Positions 18,522 through 35,011 of a stretch of DNA of 64,000 bases are shown piece after piece. Every line of letters starts with the position of its first letter. Within the stretch, counting starts at the first letter, position 1. A model generated the notes under the pieces. That model searched no databases and was not told the DNA's origin. It worked only from the letters and a program-made list of their open reading frames with translations. This DNA comes from the human T2T-CHM13v2.0 reference genome, Homo sapiens, in NCBI RefSeq assembly GCF_009914755.1, contig NC_060925.1, one strand, 5' to 3'. Made by a program: the position numbers and the translations under genes.

Positions 18522-18830
18522 TTATTTCTCATATCACATTTTTAACCCTCCATACAAAAGTAAATTTAATCTATCTTGTTAGTATCCTAGATAAACATGT
18601 ACAGTTAAGCTGTTCATAAGGAAACATAGGAAATAATTTTTGTCTAGAAATATCTAACTATGCTTACATTTTATGTGTGTTATTAGGCATGATAAAAAAT
18701 TTTTAGAATTTTTAAAGCAAAAACCCCAAATGAAATGATGACTATCATAAAAACTTGAAACAATTAAAACAAATTTTCAATGAAAAATTTCAGTCTTTTT
18801 TTAGTATTAAGCTCTAAGCTAGTGAAGTAA

Positions 18831-19206
<376 letters not shown>

Positions 19207-19235
19207 TAAAATTGAACCTTTAAAAAATTAAGGAG

Positions 19236-19691
<456 letters not shown>

Positions 19692-20011
19692 TCATTCAAG
19701 AACCATTGACAGTAGATCAAAAGTCCCACTGAAGAGAAATTATGCTCTGGATTTTACTAATTCAGAAGTCCTCTACTTAAGTGTTTTTTAAAAAAGCCAC
19801 AAAATAGTTATGAATTAATGCCAGCAATTTTTTAAAATGAAATAGAGTATATTCAGTAAGATAGAAAATAGTACAGCAAATTATGAGCAGAAAGGGTAAG
19901 TGTTGTTAATATTTTGTTTCAGTTATATATACATACACATCTACACACACACAAATGCAGGTATGTATTGAAATGCAAAATATGTTTACTGTGTCAAAAT
20001 TTAAGACTTTA

Positions 20012-20289
20012 GGCTGAGCACAGTGGCTCACACCTGTAATCTCAGCACTTTGGGAGGCCAAGGTTGGCAGATCACCTGAGGTCAGGGGTTCGAGACCAGC
20101 CTGACCAACATGGTGAAACCTCGTCTGTATTAAAAATACAAAAATTAGCCAGATGTAATGGTGCACACCTGTAATCTCAGCTATTTGGGAGCCTGAGGCA
20201 GGAGAATTGCATGAACCTGGGAGCTAGAGGTTGCAGTGAGCCGAGATCGCACCACCGCCCTCTAGACTGGGCGACAGAGCAAGACTCTG

Positions 20290-20321
<32 letters not shown>
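20012..20321 (+). mobile_element. Alu (AluSx/Sz-like) with long poly(A)
   Basis: ggctgagcacagtggctcac...gatcacctgaggtcagg; A-tail 20294-20322. Confidence 0.95.

Positions 20322-20368
<47 letters not shown>
20322..20368. repeat. (TA)n microsatellite
   Basis: Perfect AT dinucleotide run directly after the Alu tail. Confidence 0.95.
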
Positions 20369-20371
<3 letters not shown>

Positions 20372-21745
20372 CTAGTTCACTCTTTCTTCCGAAGTTTCAG
20401 AAAATCATGCAATTTCCTGTATCTCTATTTATAACATAAACGTGAGGCAAAAACAAAGAGAAAGAAAAAACTACTGCTTTCCATTTCTATAGAACAGTTT
20501 TTAGAACAGTTTTTCTTCTATTTAACTTTTACATGAGATTTCCTTACAAGATTTTATTTAAACAGAGGATACTGTGGCTAAAAAAATCTTAAAACTACTG
20601 GTGCATAATGGTACCCAAGCATTTGGCTCCTATTGATATAAAATCTTCAGTTTCAACACTGCTCTTCAAATAAACCATCCCCTGCAATTTAATCTCTTTA
20701 AGAGATCAGAAGTATGTGTGTTTGGTAACAGTGTTTGGAGTGGGAGCCCTGCCTCCTGTAGTACCCAGATAATATGTCTGGAAACTTTAGGGATAATAGG
20801 GGTATTTATTCTACTTTGTTGTGTTTGCTCCAGCTCTCATCTGACATAAGCAGATGGTTCCTGACGTTGCTAGAGGCATAATCATGGGCAAAATTAGCCC
20901 AAAGTTCTGCAGAAAAGCTTTAACTTTCTTTGGATTAGTTTGTTCAGTCAAGCAATTATAGAAGACAGTACATAAATAAGCAAAAAGAATAGGTACAATA
21001 AAATGCTGAAATGCTTAATTTGAGATTAATGTTATCAAATAATTTAAAACTCTACGAATATTTCTTTCTTCTTAATGGAAATATTTAGAGATTGTCTGAT
21101 TACTTGAATCAGAAAAAATGAGATATTACTGCTATTCAGTTTCTGGCAGAGACAAAAACGATGATATTAGTGTGAACAAACACCTCCACAAACCTCTTAG
21201 CTATGATAAAATGAAAAAGTTAACTTGGCATTCAGGAACAAACTCAGTGGTTTTAGTTGTTGTAGTCTTTTCATATTTTTCTAAAATAGGCAATAATCAG
21301 CAGATTCTTAAAATGTCCTTAGTTTATCAGTTTATTGACATCAATTTGGTATTTTATTTCAAACCTGGAAAAAATGTATACTATAAGGAATGCTGTTTTT
21401 ATTAAGTTGGTAATTTTTTTTTACCTTTTTAAATCCAGTAATATGCTTGGAGTAACATGCAAAATGTACTAAAATGTATTAAATATATTAAACACTGCAG
21501 GGCACTGGTACAAAAGAATGCCTGAAATAATTTCCATAGGTTATTTTTAAAAATAGTATTTTTCTTACAAAATGTTTCATAGGAGCATTTATGTCATTAA
21601 GTACATGAAATAAAATACTGAATTACTTTTGGAGCCAATTTTAAGTTAGTAGCTGCATGTGAAACACTAGATGTATTATTCATTTAAATAAAATCTAAAA
21701 CAGAAAACAACCATTTTAGAGAAAATAAAAAGAAATATTGTATAC

Positions 21746-21847
21746 CTGATACAGCAGAGTGTCCAACATACTGATGCTAAACACCCTCCCAGCAGCAAAA
21801 GGCAGTCGAAACATAAAGGCCAAGTTAGAGCCTCTCTCCCGTTCTTT
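21746..21847 (-). CDS. KCNT2: KCNT2 coding exon (102 nt, phase 0->0)
   Basis: tttctgaacag|AAAGAA...TATCAG|gtatac. Translates [34 protein letters not shown]. Confidence 0.97.
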
Positions 21848-22261
21848 CTGTTCAGAAATTTGAGATAGAAAAATTTGTGAGCATTCCACATTTTATGCAT
21901 TTCTGCCTCAGTAAATTGTGTTGACATATGTAAAAAGTTCTCATCATATGGTTCTTAGCTATAAATGTGTCATTACTTCACTGATAATCATATTTTTTAA
22001 ACTGCCCTTTCGTTTTGCTAACCACATTTTCTCAGTTAAAACACCCAATAGTGAAGAAAGATCAACATTTTTTGTACATTAAGCATGTATTTACTCTTCA
22101 TACAAGAAGAGACATCATAATGGAAACAAATAAAAATCATTGAAAAAAATGTGAAAAAAAAACTAACGTCACACGATGTACCATAACACTGAACACTGTA
22201 AAGAAGACCTGCTTTTAAATATTCTCATGGGTGAGAACAAAAAAATAGGGAGGTAGGCACC

Positions 22262-22597
22262 TGTTATGGTCTGAATGTTTGTGTCCCCTCAAAATTCATA
22301 CATTGAAATCCTAATCCCCAAGGTAATAGTATTAGGAAGTGAAGCCTTTGGGAGGTGATTAGTTCATGGAGGTGGAACCCTCATGAATGCAATTGCCTTT
22401 TTAAAAAAGAGAAACTCTTTGCCCCTTCTACCATGTACCATCTATGAACTAGGAAATGGGCCCTCACCAGACACCAAATCTCCCAGCACCTTGAATGTGG
22501 AATTCCCAGCCTTCAGACAGTGAGAAATTAATATCTGGTGTCTATAAGCCACCCAGTCTACAGTACTTTGTTCTAGTAGCCCTAACAGACTAAAACA
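22262..22597 (+). mobile_element. MaLR solo LTR (MLT1A-like)
   Basis: TG...CA ends: tgttatggtctgaatgtttgtgtcccc...gccacccagtcta...gactaaaaca. Confidence 0.88.
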
Positions 22598-22706
22598 GGC
22601 TTTGTACATCCAGTAGTCTCTAGCTGTCCATCATCTTAGTTTCATTTCTCCACCTAACTGATAAATTGCATCTGGTATATCAGTTTGCAACTAATCTTCT
22701 GTATAT

Positions 22707-22720
22707 CACACACACACACA

Positions 22721-22752
<32 letters not shown>
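22707..22752. repeat. (CA)n microsatellite
   Basis: Near-perfect CA run. Confidence 0.95.
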
Positions 22753-22753
<1 letters not shown>

Positions 22754-23528
22754 GTTGTTTATGTATGTTTGAATGCTTACGAGTTGGGGGGTGATATGGT
22801 GTATGAGGGTTTCTTTTTAAAAATTCTGTTGCAATTTTTTTTTCCTTTAATAAATGAAGGTAAGAGAGCAAATGTCAAATTTGTTTAAGTTTAGAAGAGT
22901 TTCTTGAGAATGTAAGTTAAGCTTCTATTTAACAAATGGTAACCTCAAAAATTCTAGTTTCTTTTGTTGACAAATTCCCTTTACTAGGAAGACTGATACA
23001 GCTGAAAATAAGAAATCAGAATAAGATACAGAAAATAAGAAATCAACCTTCACTTCTTGAGGCAACAGAAGCAAGCTCCTGTTTCTAATGTAATAAATGT
23101 GTGGGTTCTCGTGGAAGGGAAGCCTCCCATCTCACGTGTATCTATAGTGTCTGTCTAGTTGAGATGACTATCACTATAAGAGCGTCTTCACTTGAGATAC
23201 AGGGAGAAGGTAAGGCAAAGGATAGGAAAGCGGTTCCACATTTTTGTCTATGTCTATGAAATCCTAATATATTCTCTAATTTATAAACCTAGGTGTGAAG
23301 AGTGCTTAACTTGAACAGCTCATGTGAGTGGCTTGCAGATGACTGGAGTTAGCTGTTCTTATTGTGATACAGCTAGGTTTTCCCGTGAATTTGAGGACAA
23401 ACCTAGTTCTCGAGGTGTAACAAGTATCCTGGAGAAGACCAAGCCATGATATGTTAGACCCAAATTAAAGGGAGTAGCCAGAATAAAGTGCTGGAACGCC
23501 TGAGAATTTGATGTTACATTTACTCTTC

Positions 23529-23565
23529 AAAACAAACAAACAAACAAACAAACAAACAAACAAAC
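23529..23565. repeat. (AAAC)n tetranucleotide repeat
   Basis: About 9 aaac units. Confidence 0.93.
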
Positions 23566-23759
23566 ATTCCTTGGTTCAATTACATTACCATTTCACACAC
23601 TATATTTTTCAAATACAGAACAGTTTTTTAACCTACAGTGCTTATTCCTATAGGAAATGAACTCTTCCCATCTCCACACATCTGAATCCTATTGATACCA
23701 CCTTAAACAGCAACGCTAATTAAAATTAATTCCATTCACTATTAAAGTCCCCAAACACC

Positions 23760-24940
23760 AATGTATTCATTTGTGCATTAAAGTAGTCACTTAATAAATA
23801 TGCGTTGAGAACGTACTTTGTGTAGGGCATCAATCATCCTCAGTGCTAGGAATACAGAGCTCCTATATAGAACTAACAGTATCTTATCAGTTAATAGAAG
23901 TATTATGTGTTGAATATGGGCCAGGAGCTAGTTAAACAAACAGGGATATTTTCCTTGTCTGCAAGAACTTACACTGCTGTGAATGGTAACAATAGCAAAA
24001 TAGGCAAAAACACTTGGGTGAATATATGTAATAATTAGGCAGTAATACATACTTAGGAAGGGCACCTAGCTTATTCTTTTAGTAGAAAAGCCAGAGAGCT
24101 GAATTAGAGGTGATGTCTAAGTTGAGACCTAAAATTGAGTAGAAATTTGGGAAGAGTGAGTGTTAAGTTGAAAGCTATAAGCAGAATGTCCAGCATGTTC
24201 TCTAGTGGAAGTAAAAAAAAATAAATAAATAAAAAATAAAAAAATAAAACGCTTGAGAGACTTCAGGAACTACAAACAATCCAATAGCATAGAGTTTAAG
24301 TATATGGGTTGAATGGAGAGGTCAGAAATGAGACTAGAGCAATAAGTTTGGACTAGGTCTTAAAGTACCAAGATATGTTTTAAGGTAATGGGGATGCAGT
24401 TAAGAATTACACTGAAAAATAATGATATAAGTTGAGATTGTCTAAGAAATAACAGGACATATGGTTACCCTACTTTGAAACCATGTTAAGTATTTTGAAT
24501 TTCATCTTACAGGCAATGGGGAAAAACTAAAGTGTTTTTAAGAGGAGGAGTGATACGATTATGTTTTTAGGATGCTCACTTTGATGACAATGTGGAAAAT
24601 GGCTTGTGAATGAGGAGGTGGCATGGGAAAATTGAGCAAGATAAACTATAGTGTTAATGCAGCAATCCTAGTGAAAGACGAATGTACATTCTACTGTGGT
24701 ATTTGCAGAAACAGATCTTATTCAGAATGCATTTAGACATTCAATTTTAAGAGGATATGATGATTGAATTTGGTACTAAAGTAGAGAGAAGATGAGGATG
24801 ATACACAGGTCTCTAGATAATGAGGCAGATGATTGCACCTTCTGTAAAATAGAAAGTGTGGAGGAAGATCAGATCACAAGTTGATTTGGACTTGGGTTTT
24901 GATGCCAGTGGACAGGTCCACCTGCCAAAAATATGGATCA
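23760..24940 (-). mobile_element. Degraded L2 fragments
   Basis: Typical antisense L2 phrases (ttcatcttacaggcaatgggg...ttttaagaggaggagtgatacgat; tgagaacgtactttgtgtagggca). Confidence 0.55.
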
Positions 24941-24949
24941 TACAGGCAA

Positions 24950-25175
24950 TACAACATACAATGGTTTGGAGCTTGGATTCTGAAACCACATACAATAGTT
25001 TCAGTCAAGTGTTTCCGCTTACTAATTGTATGATCTTTTACAAGTTACTTAAGCTCTCTGTTCCTCAGTTTTATAACTGTGAATTGGGATTCATATTGAC
25101 ATCTACATCCCACTGTGATTACAAAAAATAAACATAATAAAACCTCTAAAATTACTGTATATAGTAAGTACTTAA
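24950..25175 (+). mobile_element. MIR
   Basis: caagttacttaagctctctgttcctcagttttataactgt core. Confidence 0.7.
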
Positions 25176-25219
25176 AAAGATATTTTTATTATCAGTTGTT
25201 TGAATATGCTAAATTATAT

Positions 25220-27380
25220 ATTACCTCAAGAACTTTGTATTTTTTTATCCTTCCTATAATGCTACTTCCCAGGCTTTTACTGGACTAGGCTGGTGTTATC
25301 ATTGCAGCTAAAATATTACCTCCCCAAAGAGGTATTTCCTTATCACCTTACTTAAAACCTGTCTTTCTGCAGTTACTCTTGAATATAACCTGTTAAAACT
25401 TTCATAGCTTTTTTGAAACCTATTACACCTTGTTTATGTTTTTAATTTATTAATAATCTATCTCAGCTAGATCCTATGTTCCAAGAGGGCAGAGACCATG
25501 ATTTTGCTTTCTGTTACTTACACAATGCCTAACACAATGCCTGGCACACAGTCAGTGACATTTGATTGGAAAAATAAATAAATTTTTTCTACTTATGTTA
25601 GCGGCCTACATCAAAAGACAATTTATTGCATAGTTTAATGCTTAGAACATTCATATGCCAGAAACAAGAAACAAACGTTCGAGGTTCACTCAATACCTCT
25701 ATTTTGTCACTTTGGTTATTTAACAGAGGTTTGAGAATGTGAAGAATTGTAATGTCACAATATGCAAAGCTTTTTTACTTTACTATGTCTAGTTATTGGG
25801 TTTTACAATAAATGTTTCTGCTATTGTTGCTAGTATAAACATACACTATGATTCCTTTTTGTTAAATTTATCATATTTCTTTTCTAGTAGAATTCTGAAT
25901 TCAATTGAAGTTTTACTGATGATATTTTTTTCCTAACAAATACTTATATAAGTATCTAAAAGAATACCAATGACATTTAAATCATTAAAGATTTCAGACA
26001 CTTTTAAATGTTTGGTCTTACCTACTTTTCCATTTGTTTTATTATCATGAACATGTGCCTTTCTTGGAAGAAGGAATGTGTTTCTGGCAGAAATTTTGTT
26101 TCCTTTAATCTGTGTCCATCAATACCATATGGAATGAGATGATAAAATTATTGGATTTAACAGAACAGTGTGGGAGGTAAAAAAAAAAATCAAGAATTTT
26201 ATTGGCACAAATTACTGGTTTCTATCCCCTATTTTCTCAACTATAATTCTTTTACATTCCTTCATTCTTTCCTCTGGACCCAATCATAATGTAATTCCTA
26301 AATCTAGTGGTTTTTGTCAGCATTCATCCTACTTGAACTTTCTTACAGTGTTTGACAAACTACATTCTAATTCTGGAGCTCTGTCTTTTCACATCACTCT
26401 ATCTCAGCTTCCAGAATACTCTTGGACCCCTTGCTCATTTTCTCTGATTTGTCTTCTTTCTAGACTCTCCTTTATGAACCTCAGGATAAAGTCCTTAGTT
26501 AAACTCATCTTCCTTGTGGTTCTTTTTAACCTTCCTTATGGCTCTCTAAGCCTTACATTTCTTAAGGCTTTACAATTATACATTTATGTGCACAACCTTC
26601 AAGTATATCTATGCATATACATATATATGTGTGTGTGTGTGTATATGTATAGGTGTATATATATATATACACACACACACACATATATTTCATCCTGTTC
26701 CTGAGCTTCATTTATATATCACCACTTATTTTTTTACTTATGTACTATAATTTTAATATACTTAAATAAATGTATCATTTATCTCACTAAGGTCAGTTAT
26801 TTCCCAGAATTCTCTCTTTGTTTTTAATCAATATATTCACCCTAACAGTCCTAGACCAGGTCTTTATTATCTCATGCCTGATTTATTGAAATAACTTACT
26901 AACTCTTTCCCTTTTCCCCATAATGTCTCTTTTCAGATAAATACAGAAATTTCACATCAATTTCATAAAAGTACAAGTCTGACGATGCCACCTCCCCCAT
27001 GTCCTCATTTAAAAACTTGCCATGACTCCCCATTCACTGCATCAAAAACTCCAAAGACTCAGCATTCAGGGCATTCTAAGGTCTAGCTCCCAAACTGCTT
27101 TCCAGGATGACTTTTCAGTACTTCCCAGCAGACTATTAGTAAGTCAGATGATTGACTATTTAGCTAAATACTGAAAATTTCTTCCTCATATTTGGGTTCC
27201 AACTCACTGTGGGTAACAATTTCATATAAGAGATTTCAAAACAATCTCTGCAGGTCAAAACTCTGTTTCAAAACCATCTCTGCAGGTCCTCCTCATCCTT
27301 CAAAATACGTATCATGCTACCCACTCTATGAAATCCTTTCGTACAAGCACAGTGATGCTGCCCTTCTGCTTGTGTGAATC
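25220..27380 (+). mobile_element. L2 fragments (several), with mixed TA/TG/CA microsatellite ~26610-26688
   Basis: aagagggcagagaccatg...aacacaatgcctggcacacagt; cagtcctagaccaggtc...atctcatgcctgattt; actccccattcac...ctcagcattcagggc. Confidence 0.55.
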
Positions 27381-28474
27381 ACTCTGCATGTATGATTTCC
27401 TGTCTTTTTGTTATTAACTTTCCTTACAGAGAGGAAAAAAAGATTTTTATGACACTATTTTCAAAACCTATTGACTTTAAAGTTATGTAAAAAGTAAGAT
27501 TCCAAGCATCTGATTCCATCCTGATAAAAATACATTACACAATTACTTTCTCTTTTAATTCTGGACAATGAAGAATTTGGATTAATTTTATGAATTGCAC
27601 TTTATCATGCTGAATTTACATATGAGAAATAAAAATTAGGGATGATTAATACTTAGTATTTCCTATCCAGTTAGATTTTTGTGACACTATCATTAACCTA
27701 CCTCTCTGTGTCTCAAGAAAACAACATATGGCTAGAAGTTACAAACTGGCAGTAATTAGTCCAAATCTGAACTACAGAGGAGTTTCATTTGGGCTGCCTA
27801 AATTTATTGAAGTTTAATAAGTTCCATCATTTAACATTTAATATAAAAATCTGCACTTCCGACTTATTTTAAATTTGGAGAACCAGATATCATAGGTCAT
27901 GGTAGCAACTGGCCAGAATTTTTCACTTCACTAATTTACATTCCTTACTTCCATTAAAAGGCTCTTATTTTACACTTCGGAAGATAAAATATTTAGAAAT
28001 TAGTCTAGGGATCTACTAACTCAAATTCTGCTTAAAAGTAACTTGGGTGAATAGTAATTATATCAGAAAATAACATAGTAAGTAATCTAAATATATATTT
28101 TAAATGTGTCTTAAAAAATAGAACATTTCTAATTGACTACAAAATATTCCATGGCTTAGGAGACAATTCTAAGCAATACAACTAAGAAATATTTCTCAAT
28201 TTACTTTTACGAATCAGGCACTGACCTAGGTTCTTAGCATACAAAAATAATTAACAAAACTTTCCAGTTCTACAGGGATATATACTTTTACTGAGGACAC
28301 ACTTAAAAATCAAATATTGCAAGGTCATGTATAAAAAGCATTTGACAAAATTCAACATCCTTTTATGATGGAAAACTCTCAACAAATAAGGCATAGAAGA
28401 AATGTACCTCAACATAATATACGCCATGTATAAAAACTCCACAGCTAACATTACACTCAATGGTAGAAAGTTAA

Positions 28475-28922
<448 letters not shown>

Positions 28923-30295
28923 GGAAGAAGTTAAATTGTCTCTGTTTGCAGATGCCATGAACTTACAGTATATTGAAACCTTAACTACTCCACCAAAAAG
29001 CTGTTAGAAGTGATAAACAAATTCAGCAAAATCAACACATAAAAGTCAACAGTGTTTCTTTACCCTAAAAACAAACTACCTGAAAAAATAATTAAAACCA
29101 GTCCCATTCACAATAGCATAAAAAAAAAATACTTAAGAATAAATGTAATCAAAGAGGTAAAAGATCTTTATACTGTAAATTATGAAACACCAATAAAAGA
29201 AACTGTAGATGACACAAATAAATCTAAAGCGTTATTGTGGTCATAAACTGGAAGAAACAATATTGTTAAAATATCCATACTATTCAAAGTGATCTTCAGA
29301 TTTACTGCAATCCTGATTGAAATATCAATGTCATTTTTCACAGAATTTTGATAAAACAGTCCTAAAATTTGTATAGAATCACAAAAGACCTCAAACAGCC
29401 AAAGCAATCTTAAGAGAAAAAAACAAAACAAAACAAAACAAAAGAAAAAACAAATCTGGAGACATCACAGTATCTGACTTCAAAATCTATTACAAAGCTA
29501 TAGTAATCTAGATAGAATGGTACTGGCATAAAAGCAGACAGGAAGATTGACCAATAGAACAGGATAAAGAGCCCAGCAATAAACCCATGAATTAATGGCC
29601 TATTGATTTTTTTAACAAAGGTGCCAGGCCACACCATGGAGAAAAGATCATCTCTTCACTAAACTGTGCTGGGAAAACTGGATATCTGCAAGCAAAGGCA
29701 TGAAATTGGACCTTATCTCATGCTATATGCAAAAATTTGGACCTTATCTCATGCTATATGCAAAAATCAACTCAAAGACTTAAATGTAAGGCCAGAAATT
29801 GTCAAACTATTAGAAGAAAACATAAAGGAAGTATTCCACAACATTGCTCTGGGCAATAATTTATTGTCTAGGAACCCAAAAGCACAAGCAACAAGAACAT
29901 AAACAAACAAATGGGATTATAACAAACTAAAAGGCTTCTGCACAGTCAAAAAAAAAAAAAACAAAAAAACAAAAAACAAAACAATTAATGGAACGAACAG
30001 ACATCCTATAGATTAGGAGAAAATATTGGCAAATAATACATTTGATAGGGGGCTCATATCCAAAATATATAAGGACTCAAACAACTCAACAGCAATAAAA
30101 CACATAACTGAGTCACAAAAAAGACAATGGACCTACAGAAACACCTCTCAAAAGAACATATATAACCGGCCAACACGTATAGGAAAAGCTGATCAACATC
30201 ACTGATCATCAGGGAAATGCAAATTAAAGCTACAATAAGATATCACCTCATACCTGTTAGAATGGCTACTATCAAAAAGACAAAATAAGTGTTAG

Positions 30296-30661
<366 letters not shown>

Positions 30662-33600
30662 AAGACAGCCATTATGAAAAACAGTATGGAGTTTCCTCAG
30701 AAAACTAAAAATAGGCATGCAATAAGTAATCTCACTTCTGGGTATATATTCAAATAAACTGAAAAAGTATGTTGAAGAGATGTCTTGCATGCCTATGTTC
30801 ATGGCAGCCTTATTCATAATAGCCAAGATATGGAAGCAACCTAGGTGTCCATCATCAGATTAACGGATAAAGAAAATATGATATATATATATATATACAT
30901 AATGGAATACTATTTTGCCTAAAAAAAAATTATGTCATTAAAATTGAATTCATAGTAGAGAGTACAATGATGGTTACCAGAGACTGGTGGAAGGGCATAA
31001 GGGGATGTTGATCAAAAGAGTGCAACGTTTCAGTTAAGAGGAAAAAGCTTAGTGATCTATTGCAAAAAAAAAATGCTAACTTCAATAAATAATAATGTAT
31101 TGTATATTTCAGAATTGCTTGAAGAGTTGATTTTAAATCTTTTCACTACAAAAGTAATAAGTATGTGAGGTCCTGGATTTGTTAATTAGTCTGATCTAAT
31201 CATAACACATTGTAAATATATATATGTGTATATATGTATATATGTGTATATATATAAATGTCACACTGTACCCAATTAATAATTTGTCAATTAAAAATAA
31301 AAATATAGAATAAAAGAATAAAACATTTGTACTTTTTAAAATGATAATTTGGAGAAGTTAAAACCAGTGTTCTTTCTTGTGCTTTTATAAACTATAAAAT
31401 AAGCTATTTGTACCTATAATACTTAAAAACACAAATAAAGGTAAGTTCTGTATGACTTATTATTGTTCAAAAATTGTAACTCTTAAGTTACAACTATAAT
31501 TCTAAAAATAACAAAAACAGGCAAAGTCAACATTAATATTCATGATAAGGTAAAGTCTGAAAACCAAAAAAAAAAACATTGTAAAATGCAAGGAAAGAGA
31601 TGGAGAATTCGAACCACTCAAAATGTCTACAGAAACATTTGGCAATCCCCATTGGGTGAAATTTTTGAACAGAAAAGGTTAGAAAATAGTCTTCATATAA
31701 GAATTAAGGAGGATATTCCACTCCTTTTAACTACAGTATAAGTGTAAAAACTAGGTTTTGAGTAAGGCAAAAAAATTTAAAAATAATATTTTTATTGAGC
31801 ATACAAACCATCATTCAAGATATTAGTTTTAAGTTAGGAAGTCTTATTTTTATTGAGCATAAAAATCATCATTCAAGAGATTAGTTTTAAGTTAGGAAGG
31901 CTATAAATTTAAAGATAATATTTAAATATCTGAGTCCTTAGAAGATAAACAAAGGATGCATAAATTTTTTGTGTAAGTTTTATGACATGGAGGGTTGTCA
32001 ATGTAAATTATATCATGGTTTTGAAAGATTAACAGGAGTGCATATGAATGACTCATTGCTGAGTCTAGACTACTTTGTTGTTTTGATACACCAAAACTGC
32101 TCCATATGTTACACTTCTAAAATACTGCTTAAATCAGTTATAATCACATGAGCATATGATGAATTGCATTCAATAATGGGTCCCACAGATCAAAATCACT
32201 TTCAAAATAAAGAATGAAATTCTATATAAATATACTATTATCTGTTTGATGTATTAAAGATAAACTGTCCTAAGTTTAGTTTTATGATTTGATGACAGTT
32301 TGAAGCCCCAAGAATTAAGTTGAAAAATATTACATAAATAAATAAGAAAATATGATAGTTATAGAAATTACAAAAAATGAAATAGTCAAAGAAGCCAAAG
32401 AACATACTTTTTTCAAAAAGAGTTAACAGTAATTTAAATGCATCCATATTCAATTAATCTGATACAGTTTGATTATAACAATGAATATATTACAAATATG
32501 AATAAGTATACGGAGACTATAATTTTAGATTCCTAATATATTACTGGAAGGAATTTGGAAGGACTTTAAATACAAATGATACAAATTCTACATCTTGTGG
32601 AGAAATTTATGCACTGAAAATAGTAAACTAATTATTTGAACATTTTCTGAGCCTGTATCCAATTAGTTCAAGCTAAATATAATGACAGCATTCAGCACAG
32701 AATCTCTCAAGTAATTCCTCTACAGGTTATAGCAACAAGAAAGATACTTAAAATAAACTCACAAATAAGTGTCCATTTTCCCAATATAATAAATCAGGTA
32801 CTCTGTTGGCTTTAATGTTTTGAAATGTTTTTTTATTTGACTTGGGCTGTGAAGTCAAGGGTTCCTATTTCAGTTCTCTCTGCCTTGAAATGGAAGGCTG
32901 AATAAATGTACTGTACTCTCTTTGACTCTGAATTCAAAAATGAGTAGTGCCTTGCAGACTAGCAAAACAGAATCAAATAGTGATGGACATACTTATTAAT
33001 GTAGAGGAAGAAATAATAAGCAAGAAAAAAATCATTGGTTTCATGTCCTTGTCTAATGTGATATTCATTTTAACATTTCAAAAAGAAAGCACACCCAAAA
33101 GTAACCTTTGTCATCCTAGATGATACTTTCTTTTTTGTGACTTATAAGCATTTTTATTTCTTTCATTTATTGAGAAGTGAAATAAATTATGCAATCTCTC
33201 TCTCTTTCTCTCTCTTTCTGTAGATGTGTGTGTGTGTGTGTGCATATGTTTATGAAAAGACAATTGTTGGACTTCCTAAGAATAATAAATAGTTAACTAC
33301 TGTATTATAAATTATTTATTTTCATAAAATGATTAACTTCATAAAATTACCACATTCTAATAATTTAATTTTATTAACTTAGTTACATAAATTCATTACT
33401 TTTCTGCATTTAATATTTTGATTTTAATGGTTTTAACAATTTGCTATACATTTTCCTCTTCACAATAGACACATATGCAGCAGCTGTGTGGCACTCTTCC
33501 ATGGGGAGCTAATTACACTGAATTTGAAGTGAATGTATGCACTGCATTGTCTTAGTAGCATAATGTGAAGACTTTGGGCTCATTATGTACAATCACAATC

Positions 33601-34199
33601 CTATAAATATTATTAATAGACAAATTTATACATTAAGATTGTTATCCATATAAATTGTATTTATAACTTTTCTAGAATAGATTGAACAATGTTTTTCCTC
33701 ATTTAAAGAAATAGAAACTCATTAGCCTTCTTTTCAAATTATTTTTGGATGAATATAGAGACAAGGTAAATATTTTCTTAAAAACAGGATAAGAATCTTT
33801 CTTAATGAATCAAACTCAGTGTTGGCAGGTAGCACCAAACTCCCACTCAGCTGTTCCAGAACCTAGATTATGAATAAAATGTAGCTTAAGTTGTCTGGAC
33901 AGAAAAAATTAGTAGGACAATGTGCTTTTGTTTGTTTTCATATATCTGTGTCACCCATCATATTATAAATTCTATGTGGTTTATTCAATGTTGTAATGCC
34001 TAGAATTCAGCAAGGCATTTGGCTCGTAGTATGTGCTCAGTAAATATTTATTCACTTGAGTTTAAATTGAGAATGTGTAAATTTTGCCTTCTTACTATTC
34101 TATAGTGAAAATATATTGAAAAAATGACATTTTTACCATATTTCTCCCAGAAGATATCTCCAATCACTGGTAGAAATTCTTATCGTTTTGTTCTACCAC

Positions 34200-35011
34200 T
34201 GACTATAAAAGTAATATATAACTTATAGACATGACTGTTTGCATTCTGACATAAATTCTGTTGCATCAAGCGTGCATCCTACAATTAAGTGCAATTGTGA
34301 CACTACCTGGAGTTGGCAAAGACTCCACAAGTTAAGGGGCTCAGTCCCAGAAGACTGCACCCAATTTAAACACCAGCCATAAGTCCTAGGTACCCTCAAG
34401 CCAACTGTATTCCTGCCCAGCCAGCTACAAATTTGGGGCTTCCCATAAACCCTCAGATTCAATAATTAGCTAAAATAACTCACAGAACAACAAAAGCACT
34501 ATGCATATGATTACAATGTTATTATGAAGAATATAAATGAACAGTAGATGAAAAAGCATGTGGAGGAAAGTCTTAAAGGGTCTCCCAATCACAGGAACTT
34601 CCGTGACTGTGATGTTGGGGTGCCCCATTCTCTCAGGACGTCAACATGTTCGCCAACCGGGAAGCAATCCAAGCCTTATTTTTCAGTTTTTATTGAGGCT
34701 TCATTATGCAGGTAAGATTAATTAAATCATTAGCCACGTGATGAAACCCAGGCCCCAGCCCCTCTGCCCTCCTTGGAGTTGAGGGTAAAGGCTAAAAGTG
34801 TCAACCTTTTAATCAGAGCTTCCTTTTTCTGCTGCCCACACCAGCTTATAGAGGTGCCCCTCCATAAGTCCCTTTGTTACCATAGCATCTAGTATGGTTG
34901 GAAAGTATGAATAACAAAAGACACTCCTATCACACAGAAAATTACAAGGAGTATTGAAGTTCTGAGCCAGAAACCAGGGACAAAGACCAAGTATTTATTT
35001 TTATTATACCA
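34200..35011 (-). mobile_element. MER21-family LTR
   Basis: gacactacctggagttggcaaagactccacaagttaagggg...aagactgc; ends gggacaaagaccaagtattt...attatacca. Confidence 0.8.

Noticed and set aside
26168-26704. Longest ORF in the track (178 aa)
   Set aside because: Non-ATG start, overlaps decayed L2 and a microsatellite, and shows no recognisable domain.
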